Virus record (IMG/VR): IMGVR_UViG_3300034126_000011 | Location: 1-42,062 of that record | Direction: 5' to 3' (one strand) | DNA length: 42,062 nucleotides | Source: a virus | Lineage: Duplodnaviria > Caudoviricetes | Translations under genes and position numbers: made by a program | Shown: in pieces, positions 35,401 through 41,669 of the stretch | Layout of the letters: every line of letters begins with the position of its first letter | Numbering within the stretch: position 1 is the first letter of the stretch | Notes under the pieces: model-generated | What the model was told of the DNA's origin: nothing | What the model saw: only the letters and a program-made list of their open reading frames with translations | Database searches by the model: none

Positions 35401-35496
35401 TTACTTCTTGCCTTTCGGCTTAGGCTTCGCAGCCGGCTTCTTGGCAGCAGGTTTCTTGGCTGGCGCTTTGGCCTTACCGTACGGGACGAACGCCAT
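35401..35496 (-). CDS. 31-aa Lys/Ala/Pro micropeptide (histone H1/AlgP-like), absent from ORF track
   Basis: MAFVPYGKAKAPAKKPAAKKPAAKPKPKGKK; TAATG overlap with upstream stop; fills the gap exactly. Confidence 0.75.
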   Translation of the reverse strand: MAFVPYGKAKAPAKKPAAKKPAAKPKPKGKK

Positions 35497-35777
35497 TACT
35501 GACCTACCACATGGTCAAGAGAGTGGCGCAACGAGGTAGCCAGACGCTCGGCCTCATTGATCTTGTTGCAGCCCAGTGCAGCCTGAGCATTGGCAAGGGA
35601 AGCAGCGCCCGCCAGTTGCTGAGCCTTGCGCTCTGCTACTCGCTGCTTTTCTCGCAGGCGAATAGCCTTCGCAGCGCTGCGCTTCTTGAACTTGACTTGC
35701 TTGGCCGCTTGGTTTGCAGCTTCGCGTTGTGCTGCTACGTGTGCCAGTGCCAGCAGGAACTTGAGGAACTTGTACAT
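35496..35777 (-). CDS. Basic, Ala-rich coiled-coil hypothetical protein (93 aa)
   Basis: TGGAG RBS; amphipathic N-terminus. Confidence 0.75.
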   Translation of the reverse strand: MYKFLKFLLALAHVAAQREAANQAAKQVKFKKRSAAKAIRLREKQRVAERKAQQLAGAASLANAQAALGCNKINEAERLATSLRHSLDHVVGQ

Positions 35778-35898
35778 GACGTATCTCCATTGCGTTGAGG
35801 ATTGCTGCGTCCATTGAGTGGACGACGTTGGGTGCTATCAGCTTGCAGCGACTGCACTTGCCTTGGCTGTGCCACTCATGGCAGTCGCAGCCGGTCAC
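35554..35898 (-). CDS. Hypothetical protein with Cys/His knuckle and RNAP-like IAPNVVHSMDAA motif; 3' part overlaps next gene out of frame
   Basis: GTGA overlap with upstream stop; unique 40 codons fill the 35778-35898 gap; 9/12 identity to the RNAP motif at 21803-21838. Confidence 0.55.
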   Translation of the reverse strand: MTGCDCHEWHSQGKCSRCKLIAPNVVHSMDAAILNAMEIRHVQVPQVPAGTGTRSSTTRSCKPSGQASQVQEAQRCEGYSPARKAASSRAQGSATGGRCFPCQCSGCTGLQQDQ

Positions 35899-36512
35899 AA
35901 CAGAGTGATCTGTGCTTGCGGTACAGGCATGTGAGCCACAGCCACCAGTTCGTAGACGCGATACGCCTCGCCCGGCTCAGCCGTAGCCAAGTTCTGCGCC
36001 TTGCGGGTAGCGTCGTTGATGTCTCCGGTGATGGTCCATAACGGACTGTCGGCACGGGTCACGATGAACGTTTTGGTGGGCGCCCGTTTTGTAGCGGCAT
36101 CCATTTTTGGGCCTAGAGTGGATGCCGCCTGCACGGCGCCGCCGTAGGCTGCGCACATGGTGGCGACCTTCGGCGCCAGTGCCGGATCAGTATCGGGACG
36201 GCCGTCGAACACAGCAATGCCGTACTCGCTGATAGACCACGGAGCATATGCCACGTTAGGGCCCTTCTGCATGGAGTACAGGAGGCCCTTGCGGCGCATG
36301 CCGTTCAAGGTACTGGCAGCATCCGCCGGACTTTGAGTAGGGTACATCGCACGACCGAGAGCATCGGTGCCCATGCAATTGCCGGCAGATGCGCGGAGTG
36401 CGGCGAGTACAGCACGCTCATTGCTTTGGAGATCGGTGAATTTCATCGTGAGTAATCCTTGTTTGCATACACAGTGATAGGAGAGTTTGTTACAGCGGTA
36501 GCACTTATCCAT
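35895..36512 (-). CDS. Multi-domain early protein: Cys-rich N-terminus, putative winged HTH, small C-terminal domain (205 aa)
   Basis: TAATG-coupled start; CYRC..HCVC; L...ERAVL.AL......T..L........AASTLNGMRRKGLL...WSISEYG resembles wHTH. Confidence 0.7.
   Translation of the reverse strand: MDKCYRCNKLSYHCVCKQGLLTMKFTDLQSNERAVLAALRASAGNCMGTDALGRAMYPTQSPADAASTLNGMRRKGLLYSMQKGPNVAYAPWSISEYGIAVFDGRPDTDPALAPKVATMCAAYGGAVQAASTLGPKMDAATKRAPTKTFIVTRADSPLWTITGDINDATRKAQNLATAEPGEAYRVYELVAVAHMPVPQAQITLL
36092..36120. repeat. 29-bp dispersed element, copy B
   Basis: TAGCGGCATCCATTTTTGGGCCTAGAGTG. Confidence 0.85.
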
Positions 36513-36709
36513 TACGGACGGTACTCCGTGAAGGTGTCGTTCTTACTACCAATGCGCGGGGCCGGACGACGGCGATACGCCTTGCGGCGCTCTTTGTCCC
36601 GGCCCTCGCGCTCCAGTATCAATGCACGCACCTCAGCGGTGACGCCATTGGTAATCGACAGGGCACTGCCCATCTTGATGAAGCCACCGTTGAAGGTACG
36701 TGTGATCAT
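36512..36709 (-). CDS. Hypothetical Arg-rich protein (65 aa)
   Basis: Tightly packed in early operon. Confidence 0.65.
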   Translation of the reverse strand: MITRTFNGGFIKMGSALSITNGVTAEVRALILEREGRDKERRKAYRRRPAPRIGSKNDTFTEYRP

Positions 36710-36710
36710 G

Positions 36711-36929
36711 TTAGAAGCTCAGGGTGACGAGGTTGATGATGCCTTTGGCCATCGCTTGTGCGGCGGCACTCATGCACGTTAGGAATAATGCGATGGCCAG
36801 CAAGGACGAGAAGGCTTCGCGGGAGCTGGAACCATGCCACGAGTCCCACATGTCAAGCAACACAACCACGATTACCATGCAGAAGTAGAACAGGACGAAC
36901 GCTGCGATGTATGCGGCTACCGGATTCAT
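36711..36929 (-). CDS. Small membrane protein, two predicted TM helices (72 aa)
   Basis: Two long hydrophobic runs; ATGA-coupled start. Confidence 0.7.
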   Translation of the reverse strand: MNPVAAYIAAFVLFYFCMVIVVVLLDMWDSWHGSSSREAFSSLLAIALFLTCMSAAAQAMAKGIINLVTLSF

Positions 36930-37171
36930 GCTTGTACCTTCTTGTTGGCCTGCTTGGCAGGGAGGATATCTGCCTGCTCGATGTATTGGGTTTCGGTAGA
37001 TCCGCCGGCCTTATATATCTCGTCCGACACTGCGCCAGCAGGGAAGCGAACTTGCACGTCCCATATACCAACCCACTCTACACGACCCACCGCGCCGAAC
37101 TTGGCGTAGTGATAGTTGTTGCGGCGTGCCCGGACGAACTGCCCGACCGCTACTGCTGTGCGTTTGCTCAT
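36926..37171 (-). CDS. Hypothetical protein, SH3/KOW-like beta barrel (81 aa)
   Basis: TAGGA RBS; VGQFVRA...GAVGRVE...VQVRF pattern. Confidence 0.7.
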   Translation of the reverse strand: MSKRTAVAVGQFVRARRNNYHYAKFGAVGRVEWVGIWDVQVRFPAGAVSDEIYKAGGSTETQYIEQADILPAKQANKKVQA

Positions 37172-37662
37172 GGTCCTACTCTCCTCATCCAGACTACGTC
37201 CGGTTTACCCTTGGTTGTGTTCGGCTCACGCAGTACCTCACGAAAGCCATGCCGTTTGTACAGTGCAATCAGGTGTGGGATGTCGAAGGTATCCAGACGA
37301 TCCGCGCCTAGCGATACAGCTTCACGCATCATCCAGTCACCAGTACCGGGCTTCACATTGTGCAGGCCTAGCAGTTCACCCGACAGCACAACGAAGCCGC
37401 CGTCTGCACGGTCACCCTCTTTGCACAAGCGGATGTGGCAATGGTGCTTATGGAACCAGTCCTGACGTGCCTTGGTCAAGCTACGCCCAGAGACTGGCAT
37501 CATGTGAGCACTAGGCATCAGGCGATGGTACTCCTGCGCACACTTGAGCGTCACGTCCGCACCATCATGGCAGCTAGTGCGGATGATGTCTCGACGGCCC
37601 TTGTTGGTTTCCAGTGCGTAGTAGAACGCATCCGGCGCAGCTTTCACTATTACTTGAGGCAT
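37168..37662 (-). CDS. Putative GNAT-family acetyltransferase
   Basis: C-terminal G.GDWMMREAV..GA.RLDTFD...LIALYKRHGF pattern. Confidence 0.65.
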   Translation of the reverse strand: MPQVIVKAAPDAFYYALETNKGRRDIIRTSCHDGADVTLKCAQEYHRLMPSAHMMPVSGRSLTKARQDWFHKHHCHIRLCKEGDRADGGFVVLSGELLGLHNVKPGTGDWMMREAVSLGADRLDTFDIPHLIALYKRHGFREVLREPNTTKGKPDVVWMRRVGP

Positions 37663-37687
37663 CTCTTTACCCTCGGTTGTTTGAGCG

Positions 37688-37711
37688 GATGCCTCTCGTT
37701 AGAAAGGCATC
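37688..37711 (-). other. Intergenic 10-bp hairpin upstream of GNAT gene
   Basis: GAUGCCUUUC-UAAC-GAGAGGCAUC. Confidence 0.55.
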
Positions 37712-37901
37712 TACTGAATCTCCTGATGGTTGGCTAGCGTGCATATAGGCAGGCCAGTGGTTTGCCCTCCGGCTTACGGTTTACCTCATGGACTTCTCCC
37801 TGTACAGCACCAGAAGTTGGTCGGCTCTGTTATTTTGTACGTGCATCATGCCTGCCGGCTAGCCTTACCCGTACGCACAGTCTTGCTGTGATGGTTGGGC
37901 A

Positions 37902-37979
37902 TCAGTGAATACTCACGCCCACGGACTCCAGCAGGAGTAGCAAGAAGATCCCGAATAGTAGCAGGTTGTTCAGCTCCAT
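37902..37979 (-). CDS. 25-aa single-TM micropeptide (absent from ORF track)
   Basis: MELNNLLLFGIFLLLLLESVGVSIH; TGATG overlap with upstream stop. Confidence 0.5.
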   Translation of the reverse strand: MELNNLLLFGIFLLLLLESVGVSIH

Positions 37980-38263
37980 CAGCGGCGCTCGACGATGCGG
38001 TATGTCTGGCAAGTCCAGTTACTCTGCATTTGCCAGTACAGATCCGTAGCCTGTTGGAAGTCCAGAGTAAAGCCCAGCTTACCGCTGTTGTCATACACCG
38101 GGAGCCAGCGCTTACGCCCGGCATGCCGGACATCGAACTCATCGTAAGAGTTCTTGCGCTGCACCTTGAATCGTGGCTTGCGGCTGTCTCCGGGAGGCGA
38201 TAGATGGTGGCGACCTTGCCGCTGGTCTTGTGTGCGTTTACCGATTTGACGTTGCTTGCTCAT
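37979..38263 (-). CDS. Basic hypothetical protein (94 aa)
   Basis: GAGG RBS; ATGA-coupled. Confidence 0.7.
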   Translation of the reverse strand: MSKQRQIGKRTQDQRQGRHHLSPPGDSRKPRFKVQRKNSYDEFDVRHAGRKRWLPVYDNSGKLGFTLDFQQATDLYWQMQSNWTCQTYRIVERR

Positions 38264-38454
38264 ACTGGGAGCCTCTGTTTCATGCAGCGGGATACCCGCC
38301 GTGCGGTGGTGAAGTGGTCGCGGAACAACTCAGTGTCGGCCCGGTGCATGTCGTAGAACGCGGCGCAACCGCGCTTCATTTCACGCAGGGCAGACGCAAA
38401 GTTCTCACGCGCCCTACGCATGCGGTCCTGAGCTATCGCCCTGCCAAGGCTCAC
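38260..38454 (-). CDS. Hypothetical Arg-rich protein (64 aa)
   Basis: GTGA-coupled to upstream stop. Confidence 0.6.
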   Translation of the reverse strand: MSLGRAIAQDRMRRARENFASALREMKRGCAAFYDMHRADTELFRDHFTTARRVSRCMKQRLPV

Positions 38455-38654
38455 TCGATAAGACCTGCGTCGGAGTCCACAGGCAGAGGGATCACCTGAG
38501 TCACGTCAGCCGAGTGGCGCTGTGTGGCCGTTTGAGACAGATCAGAATGAACCCCAAGGGTAGCACCCGGCGCAACGATAACGTTGATTGAGCAGCCGGT
38601 CAGGGCGTGCACGGCGGTCCCGCAGATGATCAGGTACAGGATAACTCGCAGCAT
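38451..38654 (-). CDS. Small early lipoprotein (67 aa)
   Basis: Signal peptide MLRVILYLIICGTAVHA followed by lipobox L-T-G-C. Confidence 0.7.
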   Translation of the reverse strand: MLRVILYLIICGTAVHALTGCSINVIVAPGATLGVHSDLSQTATQRHSADVTQVIPLPVDSDAGLIE

Positions 38655-38688
38655 GATTGAATTCCGTATGTGACGGCACCGCCGAATT

Positions 38689-38716
38689 TAGCGGCGCCTA
38701 AATTGGGTCTGGAGTG
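38689..38716. repeat. 28-bp dispersed element, copy C (intergenic)
   Basis: TAGCGGCGCCTAAATTGGGTCTGGAGTG. Confidence 0.85.
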
Positions 38717-38722
38717 AGCGGG

Positions 38723-39073
38723 TTACGCCAGCCCTTCGAGGTAGCCGGTCAAGAAGGCCATCAGGGACTGGCGTTGTTCGAGCTGGGAGCCTTCCCACAA
38801 TGGGATGCTATCGTCGTGTTCGTCATACTCACGGGCAATCGGGAAGCAGCACATTTGTGCACCGTCGTGCAAGTATGTTTGCTGCCCTGTACGCCCCGGC
38901 CAATCGACAGATACGGCTGCGACGAATTCGTAGGCATCCACGCCATAGGAGAAGTTCTCCAGCATCTCGTGCAGGTTCCGGCAGATGCCCATGGCCGCAG
39001 CAACCGGGCCATCAGTAGCCAGACTATGCAGCGCCTTAAGAAGTACAGCGCGTTGTTCGGTAGTCAGTTTCAT
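38723..39073 (-). CDS. Hypothetical protein (116 aa)
   Basis: GAGG RBS; GIC.NL...W...G...FP....LW.G..LE.R.SL pattern. Confidence 0.75.
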   Translation of the reverse strand: MKLTTEQRAVLLKALHSLATDGPVAAAMGICRNLHEMLENFSYGVDAYEFVAAVSVDWPGRTGQQTYLHDGAQMCCFPIAREYDEHDDSIPLWEGSQLEQRQSLMAFLTGYLEGLA

Positions 39074-39201
39074 TGGTCAGCCCTCGGGAGAACGATGCAT
39101 TTGCACGACAGCATAGCTGCCAACGTTGTTACCTTACCAGCAGCCCGACGTTCAAGACATGGGCGGCATTGCTTGAAGAACATTACCTTGGCCATTGCCA
39201 T
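39070..39201 (-). CDS. 43-aa Cys-containing micro-ORF (absent from ORF track)
   Basis: MAMAKVMFFKQCRPCLERRAAGKVTTLAAMLSCKCIVLPRADQ; stop overlaps next start (ATGA). Confidence 0.45.
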   Translation of the reverse strand: MAMAKVMFFKQCRPCLERRAAGKVTTLAAMLSCKCIVLPRADQ

Positions 39202-39258
39202 TACTCATTGAGTGAACACAGTAGATAGCCGCACCTATGTCGGCTATCTCTTTGCACA

Positions 39259-39459
39259 CTACTTGGCCGTGTAGTACCGAACAAGGGTAGCCCGAGCAGG
39301 CACCGGGTTGGGATAGGACCACACATCTCGGAAGGTATCGTACTCTTCCAGATGACCCGCATTGTAGCGGAAGGTGGCAGACCATGGGCGCTCATTGAAC
39401 ACCCACACAGCTACGTACTGGCCCGACTCAGGCTGCACCGTAGTGCCGGCGCGGCTCAC
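39259..39459 (-). CDS. Hypothetical aromatic-rich protein (66 aa)
   Basis: GTGA-coupled; QP.SGQYVAVW.FN.RPWS.T. Confidence 0.7.
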   Translation of the reverse strand: MSRAGTTVQPESGQYVAVWVFNERPWSATFRYNAGHLEEYDTFRDVWSYPNPVPARATLVRYYTAK

Positions 39460-40049
39460 GCTGCCAGTACTTCGTCAAGTGGATCAACCGGCACAACTGT
39501 CAGGACAGGCGCCGCTGCCTTGTCACGCAGTGCAATCAATGCAGCCAGTGTCTCGGCGTGATCGGCGTCCAGCTCCAGCACGTAGTCCGGGTTAGCTGCT
39601 ACGCGCTCGGCGATAGCGGCCTGCTCTTTCTCTTCCTTCTTGATCGCCATCGCAATCAATTGCTTGAGGGAGAATGCGACCGGGACTTCATCGTCGGGCT
39701 TGCAGTCGAACCACGGCTCAGCGTGGCCACCGGCGAGGTTGGTCGTGCCTTCCTTGTGGTACAGGAACGGTACTTCCTTCGCATCCTTGCCGACGTTGAC
39801 CGACAGCTTGCCGTACTTGCTGGCCCATTCAATCATGGCAGCCTTACGTGCGCCCCGGCTCAGTGCCAAGTGCAAGCGGTTGATCGGGCCGATGTCGCCG
39901 TGCAAGTCCAGATGGTTGAGGGCGGACAGGCCGGCCAGTTGGATGTCGTCGTCCAGCTTCTTGCCCCGTGCAGCGATGGACTTGATGGCCTTGTTCAGTG
40001 CGTCAACGCCGATGATCATGGTAGGCAGAGCAGTTGCTTTAGTAGTCAT
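39456..40049 (-). CDS. Conserved early protein of phiKMV/SP6-like phages (197 aa)
   Basis: Start re-called at 40049 (GAGG RBS); AI.SI..RG.KLD..IQ......L.H...HGD....RL...L..G.RK.A...W...YG pattern. Confidence 0.8.
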   Translation of the reverse strand: MTTKATALPTMIIGVDALNKAIKSIAARGKKLDDDIQLAGLSALNHLDLHGDIGPINRLHLALSRGARKAAMIEWASKYGKLSVNVGKDAKEVPFLYHKEGTTNLAGGHAEPWFDCKPDDEVPVAFSLKQLIAMAIKKEEKEQAAIAERVAANPDYVLELDADHAETLAALIALRDKAAAPVLTVVPVDPLDEVLAA

Positions 40050-40050
40050 G

Positions 40051-40437
40051 TTAGTAGCCTCGTTTCGCTTGGTTGAGTTGGGTAACGCCTTGCACATCAC
40101 ACTTGCCGACGGCTCGACGCAACCCTTTAGGATTGTGTGCGCTGTCTTCTTGCCACGCATCGACCGGACCCGCTGGCTCAGTTGCCAGTTCCCAGTCATT
40201 TAGCTGACGTCTACGCTTGCCGGCTTGTGTGTTGCCGGCATGCCACATGTCCGTCAGCTTGATACGAATTCCCATGTCCTTCACAGCCCGTTGATACAGA
40301 TGGTCAAGGTCCAATGGACGCTGAGCAACTGCAATGGGGCTGGCGGCACTGTTACGAATGACACCCTCAATCTTGATGTCATGCTTACGGATGTTGTGCC
40401 GAGCCTTGCGCATCTGTTTCTTTTCGAGTGCATTCAT
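40051..40437 (-). CDS. Basic hypothetical early protein (128 aa)
   Basis: ATGA-coupled to upstream ORF; ends 1 nt before next start. Confidence 0.6.
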   Translation of the reverse strand: MNALEKKQMRKARHNIRKHDIKIEGVIRNSAASPIAVAQRPLDLDHLYQRAVKDMGIRIKLTDMWHAGNTQAGKRRRQLNDWELATEPAGPVDAWQEDSAHNPKGLRRAVGKCDVQGVTQLNQAKRGY

Positions 40438-40652
40438 TTAGCGGCGCCTATATTTGGGCCTAGAGTGGGCGGCCTCGGTAGTTTCTTAATCCCTCTCGCC
40501 ATCAGCAACCTGTGCAACAGAGCATCCAGTCGGGTGAACAAGAGAGGGATTAAGGAACCACCGAAGTGTATTCCCGCTAGCATCTGTCCGCCTAGCCACG
40601 TTGATAGGTTCAAGCCTACCGTTGCCCATATCGTCAGGGTACGCACGCTCAT
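40434..40652 (-). CDS. Possible first early gene, hydrophobic (72 aa)
   Basis: ORF coupled to next gene; weak RBS. Confidence 0.45.
   Translation of the reverse strand: MSVRTLTIWATVGLNLSTWLGGQMLAGIHFGGSLIPLLFTRLDALLHRLLMARGIKKLPRPPTLGPNIGAAK
40439..40467. repeat. 29-bp dispersed element, copy D
   Basis: TAGCGGCGCCTATATTTGGGCCTAGAGTG. Confidence 0.85.
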
Positions 40653-40955
40653 TGTTCGGTAGCAAGGGCTCTATCCCTTCGCGCTTTCTGGGCTTACAAC
40701 ATGAGGCTGCCAGTGAGGAGCGCAATACTGTTCATGTATCAATGACTGGTCTAGTGCAGTATCCAGCGTTGCCGTTGTCCGTTGTCGATGTTCCTTCTCC
40801 CCGTTCCCTATGCAAGCGGTCTAGATCGAATGGCTTCCCGGTAGGTGAACCAATCCGTTTGAAACTAAAGAGCGATGGTGCTGGTTGGCGTGAAGCTGGC
40901 CCCATCCAGTTGTGCTAGCGGTTGCGTCTGCCACCTCATCTAGCCACCTGTTACT

Positions 40956-40984
40956 ATCCTATCCAGTTCCCGGTGCCTTGTCAA
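40956..40984 (-). promoter_or_regulatory. Host sigma70 early promoter
   Basis: TTGACA-17-TAGGAT. Confidence 0.85.
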
Positions 40985-41035
40985 CTCACTTGTTACTGCG
41001 AGTTCGCTACCTATGAACCGTTGTTACCGTGTCGC

Positions 41036-41064
41036 ATGTTACGCCAGTTCCGTGTGCCTGTCAA
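41036..41064 (-). promoter_or_regulatory. Host sigma70 early promoter
   Basis: TTGACA-17-TAACAT. Confidence 0.85.
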
Positions 41065-41110
41065 CCTACTTTGTATCTTCGGTTAACTTGGAAGCTAGTG
41101 TTGCTGGTGA

Positions 41111-41139
41111 ATCTTAACTCAGTTCGCAGTGCTTGTCAA
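41111..41139 (-). promoter_or_regulatory. Host sigma70 early promoter
   Basis: TTGACA-17-TAAGAT. Confidence 0.88.
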
Positions 41140-41232
41140 CCTGTAGATCTTTGAGCCTTTCGACCTTCCCGATACTACCAGCTCGCTGGTCCTAGACCTA
41201 GTGGCTTGCTGTGTTGACTTGCTAGGTTGCGA

Positions 41233-41261
41233 ACTCTACAGACCTAGTCACTGCCTGTCAA
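41233..41261 (-). promoter_or_regulatory. Host sigma70 early promoter
   Basis: TTGACA-17-TAGAGT. Confidence 0.8.
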
Positions 41262-41333
41262 CCCTTTCTTTCCTACCTGCTATCTATGTATCTAGGTAGC
41301 TGGTCTAGACCGTGTTGCCTGTCTAGGTGGCCT

Positions 41334-41361
41334 ACTCTACTCTCTTCCTAGATCCTGTCAA
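41334..41361 (-). promoter_or_regulatory. Host sigma70 early promoter
   Basis: TTGACA-16-TAGAGT. Confidence 0.7.
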
Positions 41362-41590
41362 CCATCTATTTCATATTCTTCTCTGATTCTTTTGTCGAGG
41401 GATCTATCTAGTCTCTTCATCTATGTACATGACGTGCGTATGTATCATCTCTGGTATCTCTCTGTCAATCCTCTGACCTATCCTCTGGTGTCTCTGTTCT
41501 CCTCTGTCCTTTCCTCTCTCCTGTCCTGCTCTGTTCTTCTGCCCGTAGACAGATTGAGCTGTCCGGACCAACGCTATCTAAAACGTTTGG

Positions 41591-41616
41591 GTAGTCTATG
41601 GGTGCCCAATTGATTT
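41591..41616 (-). promoter_or_regulatory. Phage RNAP promoter near left end (T7 phiOL-like position)
   Basis: AAATCAATTGGGCACCCATAGACTAC just inside the terminal repeat. Confidence 0.85.
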
Positions 41617-41669
41617 GCCGACAGATACGCCGAACATAAGACAGATAGCGCCCGCCTTCGGCCCCGCAA

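Noticed and set aside
40950-41365. Regularly spaced repeats resembling a CRISPR or mini-array
   Set aside because: The units are degenerate and fully explained as -35/-10 sigma70 promoters; no identical repeats and no cas genes
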